This document shows positions 35,621-44,932 of a stretch of 64,000 nt of DNA, one piece after another. Every line of letters begins with the position of its first letter. The first letter of the stretch is position 1. The notes beneath the pieces were generated by a model. It ran no database searches. It was not told the DNA's origin and worked only from the letters and a program-made list of their open reading frames with translations. Source of the stretch: an uncultured Armatimonadetes bacterium (GTDB taxonomy: Bacteria > Armatimonadota > UBA5829 > DTJY01); the NCBI GenBank assembly GCA_963717145.1, contig OY970325.1, positions 576,001 through 640,000 on the forward strand. The letters are read 5' to 3'. A program made the translations under genes and the position numbers.

Positions 35621-35788
35621 GGGGTCCGCTCGCGCGGACCCCACATTACAGGTGAACTGCCTCGAGGGATCAGTTCATGACCCGAAGGCTAAAACCTAGC
35701 CCTCAGCGTCACCTCGTTGACTATTCTGCATGTAGCCACCACCTCCTCTAAAGGATCGCCTATGGCGTCGCCCCGCATCGCGGAACGT
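35621..35788 (-). ncRNA. ssrS: Probable 6S RNA
   Basis: Consensus promoter directly upstream and a GC hairpin at the 3' end. Hand folding gives a rod (closing stem, GCC/GGC, AGG/CCT, GATC/GATC), a central unpaired bubble, then GGCTA/TAGCC and an apical stem. Confidence 0.6.
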
Positions 35789-35794
35789 ACTCAT

Positions 35795-35823
35795 ATTGTA
35801 CCAGAGAGCAGGGGAAGTGTCAA
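35795..35823 (-). promoter_or_regulatory. Sigma70-type promoter of the ncRNA
   Basis: TTGACA-17 nt-TACAAT with TG extension. Confidence 0.8.
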
Positions 35824-35987
35824 AGGAATTTATCAGAGAATTCACATACGCCCGCGATTGTCGATTCCTCGCCGAAAAACTGGTAATAATACCGGCTTGA
35901 CGGGAACGCCAAAGCGTGATACTCTTTGTGTAATCGCAAGGCCGCTTCATTTGTCTCAAAAAATTGAAGCTGAGCTGGCTAGAACTG

Positions 35988-36068
35988 GAAGCGCGTCAGC
36001 AGTGGGATCATACGGCGCAGTCTCGATAAAGGGGACTGCTCGTACCCATCGCAGACGCGTTTTCTTTG
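35988..36068 (+). other. Long imperfect hairpin with T-tract (terminator or part of a small RNA)
   Basis: gaagcgcgtc..tggg..tacg..gcagtctc / gggactgc..cgta.ccca..gacgcgttttc, then tttg. Confidence 0.5.
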
Positions 36069-36116
36069 TCTCAGGGTTTTCTGCATCCGCCCATCTCCGA
36101 ATTCCGGTCACTTCCG

Positions 36117-39100
36117 TCAGGGATGGGCCTCATGCCCGGCCAAGTCGATCACGAGGTGGTTGGTCGCCCTGGGCTGCATTTTCACAGTCCCAACCGTCTT
36201 GTCCCCAACAGGCGACACATACTCCGAAACGGGAATCACCTCGCCATTCAGGTCGAGGGTCTCCGGATGGTAGATGCCGCCCGTCAGCGCGTATATGGTG
36301 CTCGGGGCATAGGTGAAGTCCGCGCTGAGGGAACCTTGGACGTAGGCCGGCTTCAAGTCCTGGATCGGCAGAGTCAACGTGAGCAGTTGGGAGCGCCTGT
36401 CTCGAACACTATGAGTCGTCGGCTCGGAATCCGCGCCTGCGTCTCTGAGGATATTTCGCGCGATCAGCCTCGGATTGAGGTCCCAGTGATACTGCTCTCT
36501 GCCCATGATCGGGCTGTAGGCGTCAGGGTACATGCCCGCGTCGGCCGGGTATTCCCGGGTGACGTATTCCTGCTGCTGGACTCCGCAGTTCAGTATGCCC
36601 TTCGATATTTGCTTCCACGGCAGAGACTTGTCGAAATCCGACAGCTTGTCCAGCGAGTAGCCGTATTCCAGGCCGCACCACTGAACGATGACTCCGAACC
36701 AAGGTTGCTTGTCGAACCAGGTCGAGCCGAACACCGGGATCGTTCCATAGCGCATGATCGGCTGGTCATCGGCATTCCACAGGTACACGAACGGCAGTCC
36801 GGACTTCGCCCAGTAGACTGCGCGAGCGAGGTAGCGCTTCTCGTCGGTCAAGCGGTAACCTGCCAGATACGACCTCACCAGGTATGCCGACGCGAGGATG
36901 TCCGGTACGTGCAACTGCAGTTCCCACGTCTGAGCGCCCTCGGGACGGGTCGTAGTATCCAGGAATTTCAGCGCCTTCAGGCCCGCCGCTTTCGCCGCGG
37001 CGTCCCCCGTGATGAGGGCATGCTCCAGGATCTGCTGGGCTCTCAGAGCGGTCCACCCCGACGATGTGTCACCCGGCTTGCCGAAGACCTCATGCTCCTT
37101 GTCGGGCGCGTATGCCCAGGAGCCATCCTCCCGTTGACCCTTCATCAAGCCCTCGATCTGCTGATACTGGCGATCGAGTGCCTCCTTGACACCGCCCACG
37201 TAGAGGGACGTGCTGAGCGGGATGCTGCCCTTCACCGTGTCGGTCGCCGCCGTGACCACGTCCCGGATCTTGGAGGCCTCATGGAGGCGGTTGCTGCGGG
37301 CGAACAGATAGTTGGCGATCATCGGATCGAACGTGGCGACGTGGGTGTTCGTGTGCTTCCAGGCCTTGAGGGTGGGATCCCAACTCGATCCGAGGAACGA
37401 CCGATCGCACAGGTCTTCCGGCTTACCGGCAATTCTCGGCGGCTCGGGGAGGCCGTGCCTGGCGATCCACTCGTCCACCGCATCGAGCACTGTGGTTGAG
37501 TCGGTTTTCACCGACAGGGTCGCCTCGAGCCGTATCGACTCCCCGGCGGCCAGGGTGTAAGGCTTCTCCGCCACCAGCTTGTTCTCCGGCATCCCGCTCG
37601 GGATCGACGGCGCGAACAGGCTCATGAGGTGATTGTCCTGCGCCTCCACGAAGTTGGGCGATGCGAAAACCACCGATGGGCGATCGGCCTTGCCGTCCCA
37701 TTTCTGGAGCGGATCCCACTCCAGCATGATCAGAGTGCCGCCGTTTCTGATCGCCATGAAGGGGATGGTGATCTTGTTGGGGTGGGGGACGGTCCGCAGG
37801 TTCTCCGGCGGACTGACGAACTCTGTGCCGGACGACTGCTCGGTCAAGAGGTATTCGAGGCCCGGGAAGAGACCCTCGTCCTTCTCGTAGCCGAATGCAC
37901 CGTCGCCGGCATAGATGGTTGGCCCCGAGAAGTGCAGGATGTCCACCGACTGGTCTGCCTTGACGGAATGCACCAGTGAGACATTTGGCTTCTCGGCCTC
38001 GAGCTTGAAGGTCCACTGGAACGTGCAGGATGAAGTTCCGATCGGCTGCATCCCAGTGAACGCGACCGAATCGGCAGCCATCTTCACTTCGTCCGGATAG
38101 AGACCGTACTCAGCAGCCTGATTCGCATCCAGGCTGGCCACGAGCTTACCGAACGGGCCTGATGCAACCTGTTCCCAAGAGCCGCCCTTCGGCACGCTCA
38201 TCGTCCAGGCTGCGAACCCCGCCGCGGACTTGAGGAACTGCACTCGAAGCTTAGCGTTCTGAAGCACGACCGATCCGTCAGAGAGCTGTTGCGCTCCCAC
38301 ACCGGTCTCTTGATTTGCGGGTTCCGCGCCCGGAGCTACGAGCGCAACATGCTTCATGGCACTTGTCGTCACGCCATCCTTCATGCTGACAAATACGCCC
38401 ACATTGAGCGCCCCCGGGGCCGCTGACGGAGTGACTTTGCATTCGAAGGTCTTGCTCTCCCCTGGCATCAGCGTACCGATGGGAAGCGTTGTGATCTTCA
38501 CCACCGGGACGATACTGATTTTTCCATGTTCAGAGGTCGAGTTCTGCCGGAACTCCACGGATCCGGCGTCGGACTCACTGAGCGTGCCCTCGCCATTGTT
38601 CTTGATGACCGCTCGGAGTATGGCCGGCTTCCCCTGGTAGAGCAACGCGCTCGTCGGTCCGAAGGCTGTGATCTCCAGTTTCGGCGAGAAGGCATAGACG
38701 CCGATATCCTTCGCATCGCCCGCGTACTCGACCTTGACCGACTGCGAGCCGGCTGAGATGAAGTCGAACTTGGCGGCGGCGAATCGGCCTTTCGAAAGAC
38801 TCATGGTGATCGGTTGCCCGCCACCAACCGGAGTGATGGTGAGCGTGGCATCCGTGGACGGTTCGGCAACGATGATACCCTTCGCGACCGGGGCCGCGCC
38901 GGCGCTGAGGATATCCTTCGACAGCCGAAATACCTGCGGCGCTCCCCAGAGTGCCCAGTCGTAGTTCGTGTTCTCGTTGCCTCTGGTGATGAAGGCAACC
39001 TTGATCTCTTTCCCGGCATGGGGGGTCAGATCGACTGCTCCGTCGCGCCAACCGTAGTCCTTCAGGTCGGCCTCGAACTCCTTCCTGCCGTTGACCTTCA

Positions 39101-39452
39101 ACTCGAATGAGACTCCATCGAACGGGTGGGCGGCGTCGTTCATTGGAATGGCATCGGAGAGCCCGGCGCTGTACACGAACACCAGCTTCTCGCCGGATTC
39201 CATCTTCGGGAGATCGATGGAATATGCTGCAATCGTGTCGCTAGGGCCGGTCGGATGCAGGAAGATCGCCGGCCTGACCACGCCATTCGACTTGCCTGTC
39301 TGAATGCCCGGCGACATGGCGTCGGAAACCACGGCGTCGGGGAATCGCTGGACGAAATCGTAGACGACGGATGCCCCGCCTGCGAAGACGGCTGAGGCGG
39401 CCGCTGCCAGTGTGATGATTGCTGCGAGCAGGGTTGCGGAGTTGCTGATCAT
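36117..39452 (-). CDS. Large secreted hypothetical protein (jelly-roll N-domain, CARDB-like Ig domain, probable alpha/alpha toroid C-terminus)
   Basis: Signal peptide; IFLHP..NYDWALWG, RAVIKNNG, QREDGSW, YLARAVYWAKSGLPF; SD GAGGAGG. Confidence 0.65.
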   Translation of the reverse strand: MISNSATLLAAIITLAAAASAVFAGGASVVYDFVQRFPDAVVSDAMSPGIQTGKSNGVVRPAIFLHPTGPSDTIAAYSIDLPKMESGEKLVFVYSAGLSDAIPMNDAAHPFDGVSFELKVNGRKEFEADLKDYGWRDGAVDLTPHAGKEIKVAFITRGNENTNYDWALWGAPQVFRLSKDILSAGAAPVAKGIIVAEPSTDATLTITPVGGGQPITMSLSKGRFAAAKFDFISAGSQSVKVEYAGDAKDIGVYAFSPKLEITAFGPTSALLYQGKPAILRAVIKNNGEGTLSESDAGSVEFRQNSTSEHGKISIVPVVKITTLPIGTLMPGESKTFECKVTPSAAPGALNVGVFVSMKDGVTTSAMKHVALVAPGAEPANQETGVGAQQLSDGSVVLQNAKLRVQFLKSAAGFAAWTMSVPKGGSWEQVASGPFGKLVASLDANQAAEYGLYPDEVKMAADSVAFTGMQPIGTSSCTFQWTFKLEAEKPNVSLVHSVKADQSVDILHFSGPTIYAGDGAFGYEKDEGLFPGLEYLLTEQSSGTEFVSPPENLRTVPHPNKITIPFMAIRNGGTLIMLEWDPLQKWDGKADRPSVVFASPNFVEAQDNHLMSLFAPSIPSGMPENKLVAEKPYTLAAGESIRLEATLSVKTDSTTVLDAVDEWIARHGLPEPPRIAGKPEDLCDRSFLGSSWDPTLKAWKHTNTHVATFDPMIANYLFARSNRLHEASKIRDVVTAATDTVKGSIPLSTSLYVGGVKEALDRQYQQIEGLMKGQREDGSWAYAPDKEHEVFGKPGDTSSGWTALRAQQILEHALITGDAAAKAAGLKALKFLDTTTRPEGAQTWELQLHVPDILASAYLVRSYLAGYRLTDEKRYLARAVYWAKSGLPFVYLWNADDQPIMRYGTIPVFGSTWFDKQPWFGVIVQWCGLEYGYSLDKLSDFDKSLPWKQISKGILNCGVQQQEYVTREYPADAGMYPDAYSPIMGREQYHWDLNPRLIARNILRDAGADSEPTTHSVRDRRSQLLTLTLPIQDLKPAYVQGSLSADFTYAPSTIYALTGGIYHPETLDLNGEVIPVSEYVSPVGDKTVGTVKMQPRATNHLVIDLAGHEAHP

Positions 39453-39477
39453 ATTTCCTCCTCGATTCGCGACGCTC

Positions 39478-39511
39478 AAAAAAGGAGGGGAAGATAATCA
39501 TCTCCCCCTCC
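39478..39511 (-). terminator. Rho-independent terminator after trpB2
   Basis: Minus strand GGAGGGGGAGAT-GATT-ATCTTCCCCTCC-TTTTTT. Confidence 0.8.
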
Positions 39512-39546
39512 TCCATTGTTCATATTCGGTTGTGCTCTGTCAAGCC

Positions 39547-40848
39547 CTACACATCCACGAGCTTGCCACTGAAGTACGCGTCATACGCGGCCAGGTCGAG
39601 CAATCCGTGTCCACTCAGGTTGAACAGGATGACCTTTTCCTTGCCCTCCGCCTTGGCCTTCAGTGCTTCGTCCATGGCTGCCTTGACCGCATGCGAACTC
39701 TCCGGCGCGGGGATGATCCCCTCGGTCCGGGCGAAACTGACCGCGGACTCGAAGACCGGCGTCTGCGGATAGGCCACGCCCTCGATGAAGCCCTTCTCCA
39801 CCAGCAGGCTGACCAGTGGCGCCATGCCGTGGTATCGCAGTCCACCCGCGTGGATCCCCGGCGGGATGAAGCTGTGGCCGAGAGTGTGCATCTTGAGCAG
39901 CGGGGTCATCTCCGCCGTGTCACCGAAGTCGTACTCGTACGGTCCCTTGGTGATCGTCGGGCAGGCAGTCGGCTCGACGGCGATGAAGCGGATGTCTTTG
40001 CCGGCGAACTTGTCCGGCATGAACGGGAAAGCGAGTCCGGCGAAGTTGCTCCCTCCGCCAACGCATCCGATGATGATGTCCGGATAGGCCCCGGCCATTT
40101 CCATCTGCTTGATGGCTTCCTGGCCGATAACCGTCTGATGCAGCAGGACGTGGTTCAGCACGCTTCCGAGGGAGTACTTCACCTCGGGACCTGAGACCGC
40201 GTCCTCCAGCGCTTCACTGATCGCGATCCCGAGGCTTCCGGGGCAATCCGGGTCCTCGGCGAGCACCTTGCGCCCGTAGGCGGTTTTCTCGCTCGGGCTC
40301 GGGTAGATGGTCGCGCCGTAGACGTTCATCATGAACTTACGGTATGGCTTTTGGTTGTAGCTGACCTTGACCATATAGACCGTGCAGTCGAGGCCGAAGA
40401 AGCGGCATGCCATCGAGAGAGCGGTTCCCCATTGTCCGGCGCCTGTCTCGGTGGAGATGCGCTTGACGCCTTCCATCTTGTTGTAGTACGCCTGAGCAAC
40501 CGCGGTATTCCCCTTGTGGCTGCCGACGGGGCTGGCGCCTTCCCACTTGTAGTAGATCTTGGCGGGTGTGCCGAGTGCCTTCTCCCACTTGGTGGCCCGA
40601 TACAGCGGCGTGGGTCGCCAGATGCTGAGGACATCCAGCACGGGCTCCGGGATCGGAATCCAGCGGTCAGGGCTCATCTCCTGCATGATGATGCTCATGG
40701 GGAAGATCGGCGCTAGATCGTCGGGCCCTGCAGGCTGTTTGGTCCCGGGATGCAGCGGTGGAGGAGGCGGCCCATCCAGATCGGCCGCGACGTTGTACCA
40801 CTGTCTCGGGAGGTCCTTCGGGCTTAACAGAAACTGGCGATCGTCCAT
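39547..40848 (-). CDS. trpB: TrpB2 (stand-alone tryptophan synthase beta-like PLP enzyme)
   Basis: [60 protein letters not shown]; no trpA nearby. Confidence 0.95.
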   Translation of the reverse strand: MDDRQFLLSPKDLPRQWYNVAADLDGPPPPPLHPGTKQPAGPDDLAPIFPMSIIMQEMSPDRWIPIPEPVLDVLSIWRPTPLYRATKWEKALGTPAKIYYKWEGASPVGSHKGNTAVAQAYYNKMEGVKRISTETGAGQWGTALSMACRFFGLDCTVYMVKVSYNQKPYRKFMMNVYGATIYPSPSEKTAYGRKVLAEDPDCPGSLGIAISEALEDAVSGPEVKYSLGSVLNHVLLHQTVIGQEAIKQMEMAGAYPDIIIGCVGGGSNFAGLAFPFMPDKFAGKDIRFIAVEPTACPTITKGPYEYDFGDTAEMTPLLKMHTLGHSFIPPGIHAGGLRYHGMAPLVSLLVEKGFIEGVAYPQTPVFESAVSFARTEGIIPAPESSHAVKAAMDEALKAKAEGKEKVILFNLSGHGLLDLAAYDAYFSGKLVDV

Positions 40849-40935
40849 TGTCAGCGGTCCTCCTTCGGTCTGATTGACGCCCATTCCTGCTGCCGGCACG
40901 AGCATGCCGGCGGTGGGTCGGGCGAAACTTGCTAC

Positions 40936-40964
40936 ATATTAGACTGATTTTTCGGATAAGTCAA
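40936..40964 (-). promoter_or_regulatory. Putative trpB2 promoter
   Basis: TTGACT-17 nt-TAATAT. Confidence 0.6.
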
Positions 40965-41028
40965 CACTTTGGCAAACCATGAAGAACCTTAAGCCGGTGT
41001 TAGGAAAACTTGACGCCGCGCCATGAGT

Positions 41029-41057
41029 TTGACACGCTCCACCGCCAGGCATATACT
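41029..41057 (+). promoter_or_regulatory. Promoter of the ggt-like gene
   Basis: TTGACA-17 nt-TATACT. Confidence 0.75.
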
Positions 41058-41070
41058 TGCTCAGAGATCA

Positions 41071-41141
41071 CCCGTAGTGGCCGTGCCTCAGTGCCGGCCA
41101 GCAGCAGGACGAGGCCGGCACTGAGGCACGGCCACTACGGG
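41071..41141. repeat. GTAG-headed REP-like doublet, family C
   Basis: cccgtagtggccgtgcctcagtgccggcc + 13 nt + exact reverse complement. Confidence 0.92.
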
Positions 41142-41159
41142 CCACAAGGGGAGGACACT

Positions 41160-42758
41160 ATGGCTAACCAGGCGGTTGATGTCAAGGGCACGAAGGGAAT
41201 GGTCACGGGTGACAACTATCTCGCCGTGCAGGTCGGGCGGGACATCCTGCTTGATGGTGGGAACGCCGTCGATGCGGCGGTGGCGACCGCACTCGCGCTC
41301 ACTGTCGTGAAGCCGTCGTCGAACGGCATCGGCGGTTACGGCGGCAACATGGTGATCTACCTCGCCGACACCCGCCGTGTGGTGAGCATCGACTACAACA
41401 CCCGCGCCCCGAAGGCCGCTACTGAGGATATGTTCGAGCCCGTTGCGCCTCCTGCCGAGAAGAGCAACGTCGGCGGGTTCTCCGGCGTCGAGGGCCGAAA
41501 GAACATGTTCGGGCCGCTCGCCGTCTCCGTTCCGGGAACCATCGCCGGCCTTTCCCTGGCCGCTGAGCGATTCGGCTGCCTCGGGTGGTCTGCACTCGTT
41601 CAACCTGCCATGAAGCTCGCCTCCGAGGGATTCACCGTATGGCCCGGATTGAGTGCTAACATCAGGAGCCTGATCGACAACACAGACCCCGAATCGGCCG
41701 CGGCATTCCTCCACGACGGCCGAATCCCGGAGGACGGCGAGACGTTGAAGCTGCCGGATGTCGCCCGCCTGCTCGGCGTCCTTGCCGAGGATCCTGGCTC
41801 TTTCTATCGGGGAGAGCCCGCCCGAATGATCGCCGAGAGAATCCGCTCGATGGGTGGATTGCTCACTGAGCAGGACATGAACGATTTCACGTTGGATGTC
41901 TCCGAGCCGTATTCGATCGACTACCGGGGGCACAAGGTCTACGCGTGCACCGGGATCAGCGGCAGCCCGACTGCGTTCGAGGCGATGGCGGTGATGCAGT
42001 TCCTCAACACAAAGCCGTATGCCCCGGATGATCCCGCCTACTGGGGCGACCTCGCCGGCGCGCTGATTCTCTCATGGCATGACAGGCTCGCGCTCCTGGG
42101 TGATGTGCCCGGCTTCGACACGCTTGTCGATCACCTGATGTCGCACCGATATGCCGAGCTTCTGGCGGCGAGGGTCCGCGCCGGCAACTTCACGAAGATC
42201 CCGAGCGAATTCGACCCAACGAGGTGCACAGTCCACGTCAATGCCTGCGATGCCGACCACAACATGGTGGCGCTGACTCAGACCCACGGCGGGGGATACG
42301 GCTCGCGAGTAGTCGTGCCGGGACTCGGGATCGTTCTCGGGCACGGGATGTCGAGGTTCAACCCGGAGGCCGGGCATCCGAACTCGCCCGGCCCGGGGAA
42401 GCAGCCGCTCCACAACATGTCGCCGCTGATCATCACGAAGGACGGCATGCCCGTCGCGGCGATCGGACTCCCGGGCGGACGAACGATCCCGAGCCTGATG
42501 CCGCAGTTCGTTGCCGACATCGCGGACTACGGCATGACCGCCGGCGAGCAATTGCGATTCCCGAGGATTCACACACAGGGCGACGCGATCCAGCACACCG
42601 ACGACCTGCCCGAATACGCGCAGAAGGCGATCTCCCAACGGGGACACGAGTTGGCGCGCACAGAGGCGATCGGCGGCATCGCATCGAGCATCGTCATCAG
42701 AGGAGACACGATCTTCGGCGCGTCCCAGGGCGGCGAAAAGGCATCGCTGGGGATATGA
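41160..42758 (+). CDS. ggt: Gamma-glutamyltransferase family protein (cytoplasmic type)
   Basis: GGNAVDAAVA, GIGGYGG, VSVPGT, FYRGE, nucleophile site CTVH, PGKQPLHNMSP, GLPGG; no signal peptide. Confidence 0.88.
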   Translation: MANQAVDVKGTKGMVTGDNYLAVQVGRDILLDGGNAVDAAVATALALTVVKPSSNGIGGYGGNMVIYLADTRRVVSIDYNTRAPKAATEDMFEPVAPPAEKSNVGGFSGVEGRKNMFGPLAVSVPGTIAGLSLAAERFGCLGWSALVQPAMKLASEGFTVWPGLSANIRSLIDNTDPESAAAFLHDGRIPEDGETLKLPDVARLLGVLAEDPGSFYRGEPARMIAERIRSMGGLLTEQDMNDFTLDVSEPYSIDYRGHKVYACTGISGSPTAFEAMAVMQFLNTKPYAPDDPAYWGDLAGALILSWHDRLALLGDVPGFDTLVDHLMSHRYAELLAARVRAGNFTKIPSEFDPTRCTVHVNACDADHNMVALTQTHGGGYGSRVVVPGLGIVLGHGMSRFNPEAGHPNSPGPGKQPLHNMSPLIITKDGMPVAAIGLPGGRTIPSLMPQFVADIADYGMTAGEQLRFPRIHTQGDAIQHTDDLPEYAQKAISQRGHELARTEAIGGIASSIVIRGDTIFGASQGGEKASLGI

Positions 42759-42806
42759 TGGCGCTTCGTGTTGGGGCGCTGTCCAGTTCTGTCCTGCAGA
42801 AGACAC

Positions 42807-42921
42807 ACCGTCAGTCCTGAGTTCGCCGGTGAATGACGGCGTGTAACGAAGGACGGCCTTAGTGCGCCCAGCCGTCCTTCGTTACACGCCGTCATTCACC
42901 GGCGAACTCAGGACTCTCGGT
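42807..42921. repeat. Long palindromic doublet, family D, between convergent genes
   Basis: 45-bp perfect arms agtcctgagttcgccggtgaatgacggcgtgtaacgaaggacggc, 13-nt loop. Confidence 0.92.
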
Positions 42922-42961
42922 CGTGGGCTACCTCCCAGTTTCTCACTCTACACTCTGCACG

Positions 42962-43369
42962 TCAGTAGATGAGCCATATTGCTACGAGCGACAGGCCGAT
43001 CCCGATCTTCTGGCTCGTCGAGAGTTGCTCTTTCCACGCGATGATCGAAAAGACTGCGGTGACCACGAGGTTTCCCAGGCTGCGGACCGGGAACACCACG
43101 ATCCCGCTAAGCCCCTGGAGCGCGAGCAGGAAGAACACCATGCTGATCGCCCCCGCCGCGCCCATCATGAACCCGACGCGTTTGTCATCGGTGCTCTGGT
43201 CCTGGCGTCTGACCAAGAGTATCACCGTTCCGAGGAGCGCGGGCGTCGCATAGAACGCCAGCATGTAGAGATCGCGGTACGGGCCGAGATCCCACTGTAT
43301 CAGTGCCTTGTTCAGGATGTTGAGCACGCCGGTCAGCACGAACGCCACCATCAGCAGGAGGAAGCTCAT
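42962..43369 (-). CDS. Half-size EamA/DMT family transporter subunit
   Basis: About 5 TM segments; LSGIVVFPV, IIAWKEQLS..QKIG. Confidence 0.75.
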   Translation of the reverse strand: MSFLLLMVAFVLTGVLNILNKALIQWDLGPYRDLYMLAFYATPALLGTVILLVRRQDQSTDDKRVGFMMGAAGAISMVFFLLALQGLSGIVVFPVRSLGNLVVTAVFSIIAWKEQLSTSQKIGIGLSLVAIWLIY

Positions 43370-43797
43370 GACTTCTCGCCTCCGTTGCTCTTCTCATGCC
43401 GCCCGAACAGAACGAGCGCGATCACTATCAGCGCGAGCCCGACGGTCTGCCTCGGACTCGGATGCTCGTGCCAGGCGAAGATCGACGCGAACACAGGGAA
43501 TCCGATCGAGAGGCTGATGACGGTCCACGAGGCCGAAAGCTGCCCGAACTTCATGTGGTAGAAGAACGTAAGCGTCGCGAAGAAGACCATGAACCCGCCG
43601 ATGACGCCCATCGCGAGCGCCTGCGGATTGTACGGCAGCTTGCCTTTCAAGGCGATGTAGGCGATCATTGTGACCGTCGAGCCCAGGTAGACCCAGACGT
43701 TCACGGCGTCGAGGTTGCAGTTCCGGCGCACCGCGAGCTTGTAGGAAGCGGCGAACAGCGTGTTAAAGACTATCGAGAGGATCAGGAAGGCTGCCAT
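43366..43797 (-). CDS. Half-size EamA/DMT family transporter subunit
   Basis: About 5 TM segments; SWTVISLS, IFAWHEHPS.RQTVG; 4-nt overlap with partner. Confidence 0.75.
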   Translation of the reverse strand: MAAFLILSIVFNTLFAASYKLAVRRNCNLDAVNVWVYLGSTVTMIAYIALKGKLPYNPQALAMGVIGGFMVFFATLTFFYHMKFGQLSASWTVISLSIGFPVFASIFAWHEHPSPRQTVGLALIVIALVLFGRHEKSNGGEKS

Positions 43798-43859
43798 GTT
43801 CTCCGGAGCTATGTTCCGCATGCCGCGCCGATGAACCTTCCGCCTCGGTCGCGATCCCA

Positions 43860-43933
43860 CGCTGTCATTCTGAGCGGAGCGAAGAATCTCGCCCCGGCGA
43901 AAGAGATTCTTCAATCCGCTCAGAATGACAGCG
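43860..43933. repeat. Palindromic element, family B
   Basis: cgctgtcattctgagcggagcgaagaatctc ... gagattcttcaatccgctcagaatgacagcg. Confidence 0.88.
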
Positions 43934-43953
43934 GGTGACTGCGAATTTGTGTC

Positions 43954-43982
43954 TTTACAAACCGGGCGGCATGTGGTAGAAT
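43954..43982 (+). promoter_or_regulatory. tRNA promoter
   Basis: TTTACA-17 nt-TAGAAT with TGTGG extension. Confidence 0.75.
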
Positions 43983-44014
43983 ACCGATGTCCGATCCCGG
44001 ACGCCGCATCATGC

Positions 44015-44091
44015 GGCCCGTTCGTCTAGCGGCCTAGGATACCTGGTTCTCAGCCAGGGGATCAGGGGTTCGAATCCCCTACGGGCTACCA
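44015..44091 (+). tRNA. tRNA-Glu (anticodon CTC)
   Basis: Acceptor GGCCCGT/ACGGGCT, anticodon stem CCTGG-TTCTCAG-CCAGG, T-arm AGGGG-TTCGAAT-CCCCT, encoded CCA. Confidence 0.95.
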
Positions 44092-44094
44092 AAT

Positions 44095-44133
44095 GAAAAG
44101 CGGAAGACTCGTTACATGGGTCTTCCGCTTTTC
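44095..44133 (+). terminator. Rho-independent terminator after the tRNA
   Basis: gaaaagcggaagactc / gggtcttccgcttttc. Confidence 0.8.
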
Positions 44134-44150
44134 GTGTTTCATCCGGATCG

Positions 44151-44191
44151 TTGACACCTCGGCGCGGATGTGGTATATCTAGTGTATACAC
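44151..44191 (+). promoter_or_regulatory. brnTA promoter with downstream palindrome (putative operator)
   Basis: TTGACA-17 nt-TATATC; GTGTATACAC at 44182-44191. Confidence 0.6.
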
Positions 44192-44212
44192 AACGCATAT
44201 GCGGGTAGCTGA

Positions 44213-44506
44213 ATGGCACTGCGGATCGATGACTTCCACTGGATAGAGCTGCTGGTTGATAAGATAGTGAGCAAGCATGGCGTGGCCCCGGAGGACGTCG
44301 AGAGCGCATTGCTGAACGTCGATCCGCTGCCGTATGTCTGGCGGAAGAGCGACCGCTACCTGGCTCTGGCTCAGGTCGAGGACGGCGGTGAGTATCTGTT
44401 CATTGTGTTCGGTATGGAGCCGGGCAATGTCGCCCGAGTCATCACCGCCAGAGGTATGACGGCAGATGAAAAGAGCAAGTTCAGGAAACTTAGGAAGCTG
44501 GGCTGA
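44213..44506 (+). CDS. brnT: BrnT-family toxin
   Basis: F.W...KIVSKHGV.PEDVE, RYLALAQ..GEYLFIVF, ARVITARGMT.DEK. Confidence 0.8.
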   Translation: MALRIDDFHWIELLVDKIVSKHGVAPEDVESALLNVDPLPYVWRKSDRYLALAQVEDGGEYLFIVFGMEPGNVARVITARGMTADEKSKFRKLRKLG

Positions 44507-44545
44507 TTTGCGCGACTCTTGTTGGCCTGCAAGGAGATGAGTGGC

Positions 44546-44896
44546 ATGGAAACGAAAGATGGAGCGGTCCCTCAGTTCAAATCTGCGGACGAGGAGATTG
44601 AATTCTGGGACACGCATAGTGCGGTTGATTTCATTGATGAGAACACTGCGGTGGAGGTCGACTCCTCGAAGGCCCGTGAAAAGCGAGCAGGCAAAGCGAC
44701 CCAACAGATCTCTCTACGCGTATCTCGCCCGGTCCTGGAGCGAACAAAGCGACGGGCCAGGTCATTGGGCGTCCCGTATCAGACATTGATCCAGCTCTGG
44801 GTTGCGGAGAGGCTGGAACAGGAAGAAGCCACTGTGAAGTCACTTAGCAGCAGGTCAGCGAAGCGCAGACCTCGCAGTACTTCACATTCAGAGTAG
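44546..44896 (+). CDS. BrnA/CopG-like antitoxin
   Basis: VPQFKSADEEIEFWDTH, ISLRV...KRRARSLGVPYQTLI. Confidence 0.85.
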   Translation: METKDGAVPQFKSADEEIEFWDTHSAVDFIDENTAVEVDSSKAREKRAGKATQQISLRVSRPVLERTKRRARSLGVPYQTLIQLWVAERLEQEEATVKSLSSRSAKRRPRSTSHSE

Positions 44897-44932
44897 ATAC
44901 CGATCTCGCGGACTCCCGAAACAAGGCTTCGC

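Noticed and set aside
40849-40935. trp attenuator or T-box upstream of trpB2
   Set aside because: No Trp-codon leader peptide and no T-box motif; only a small GC hairpin
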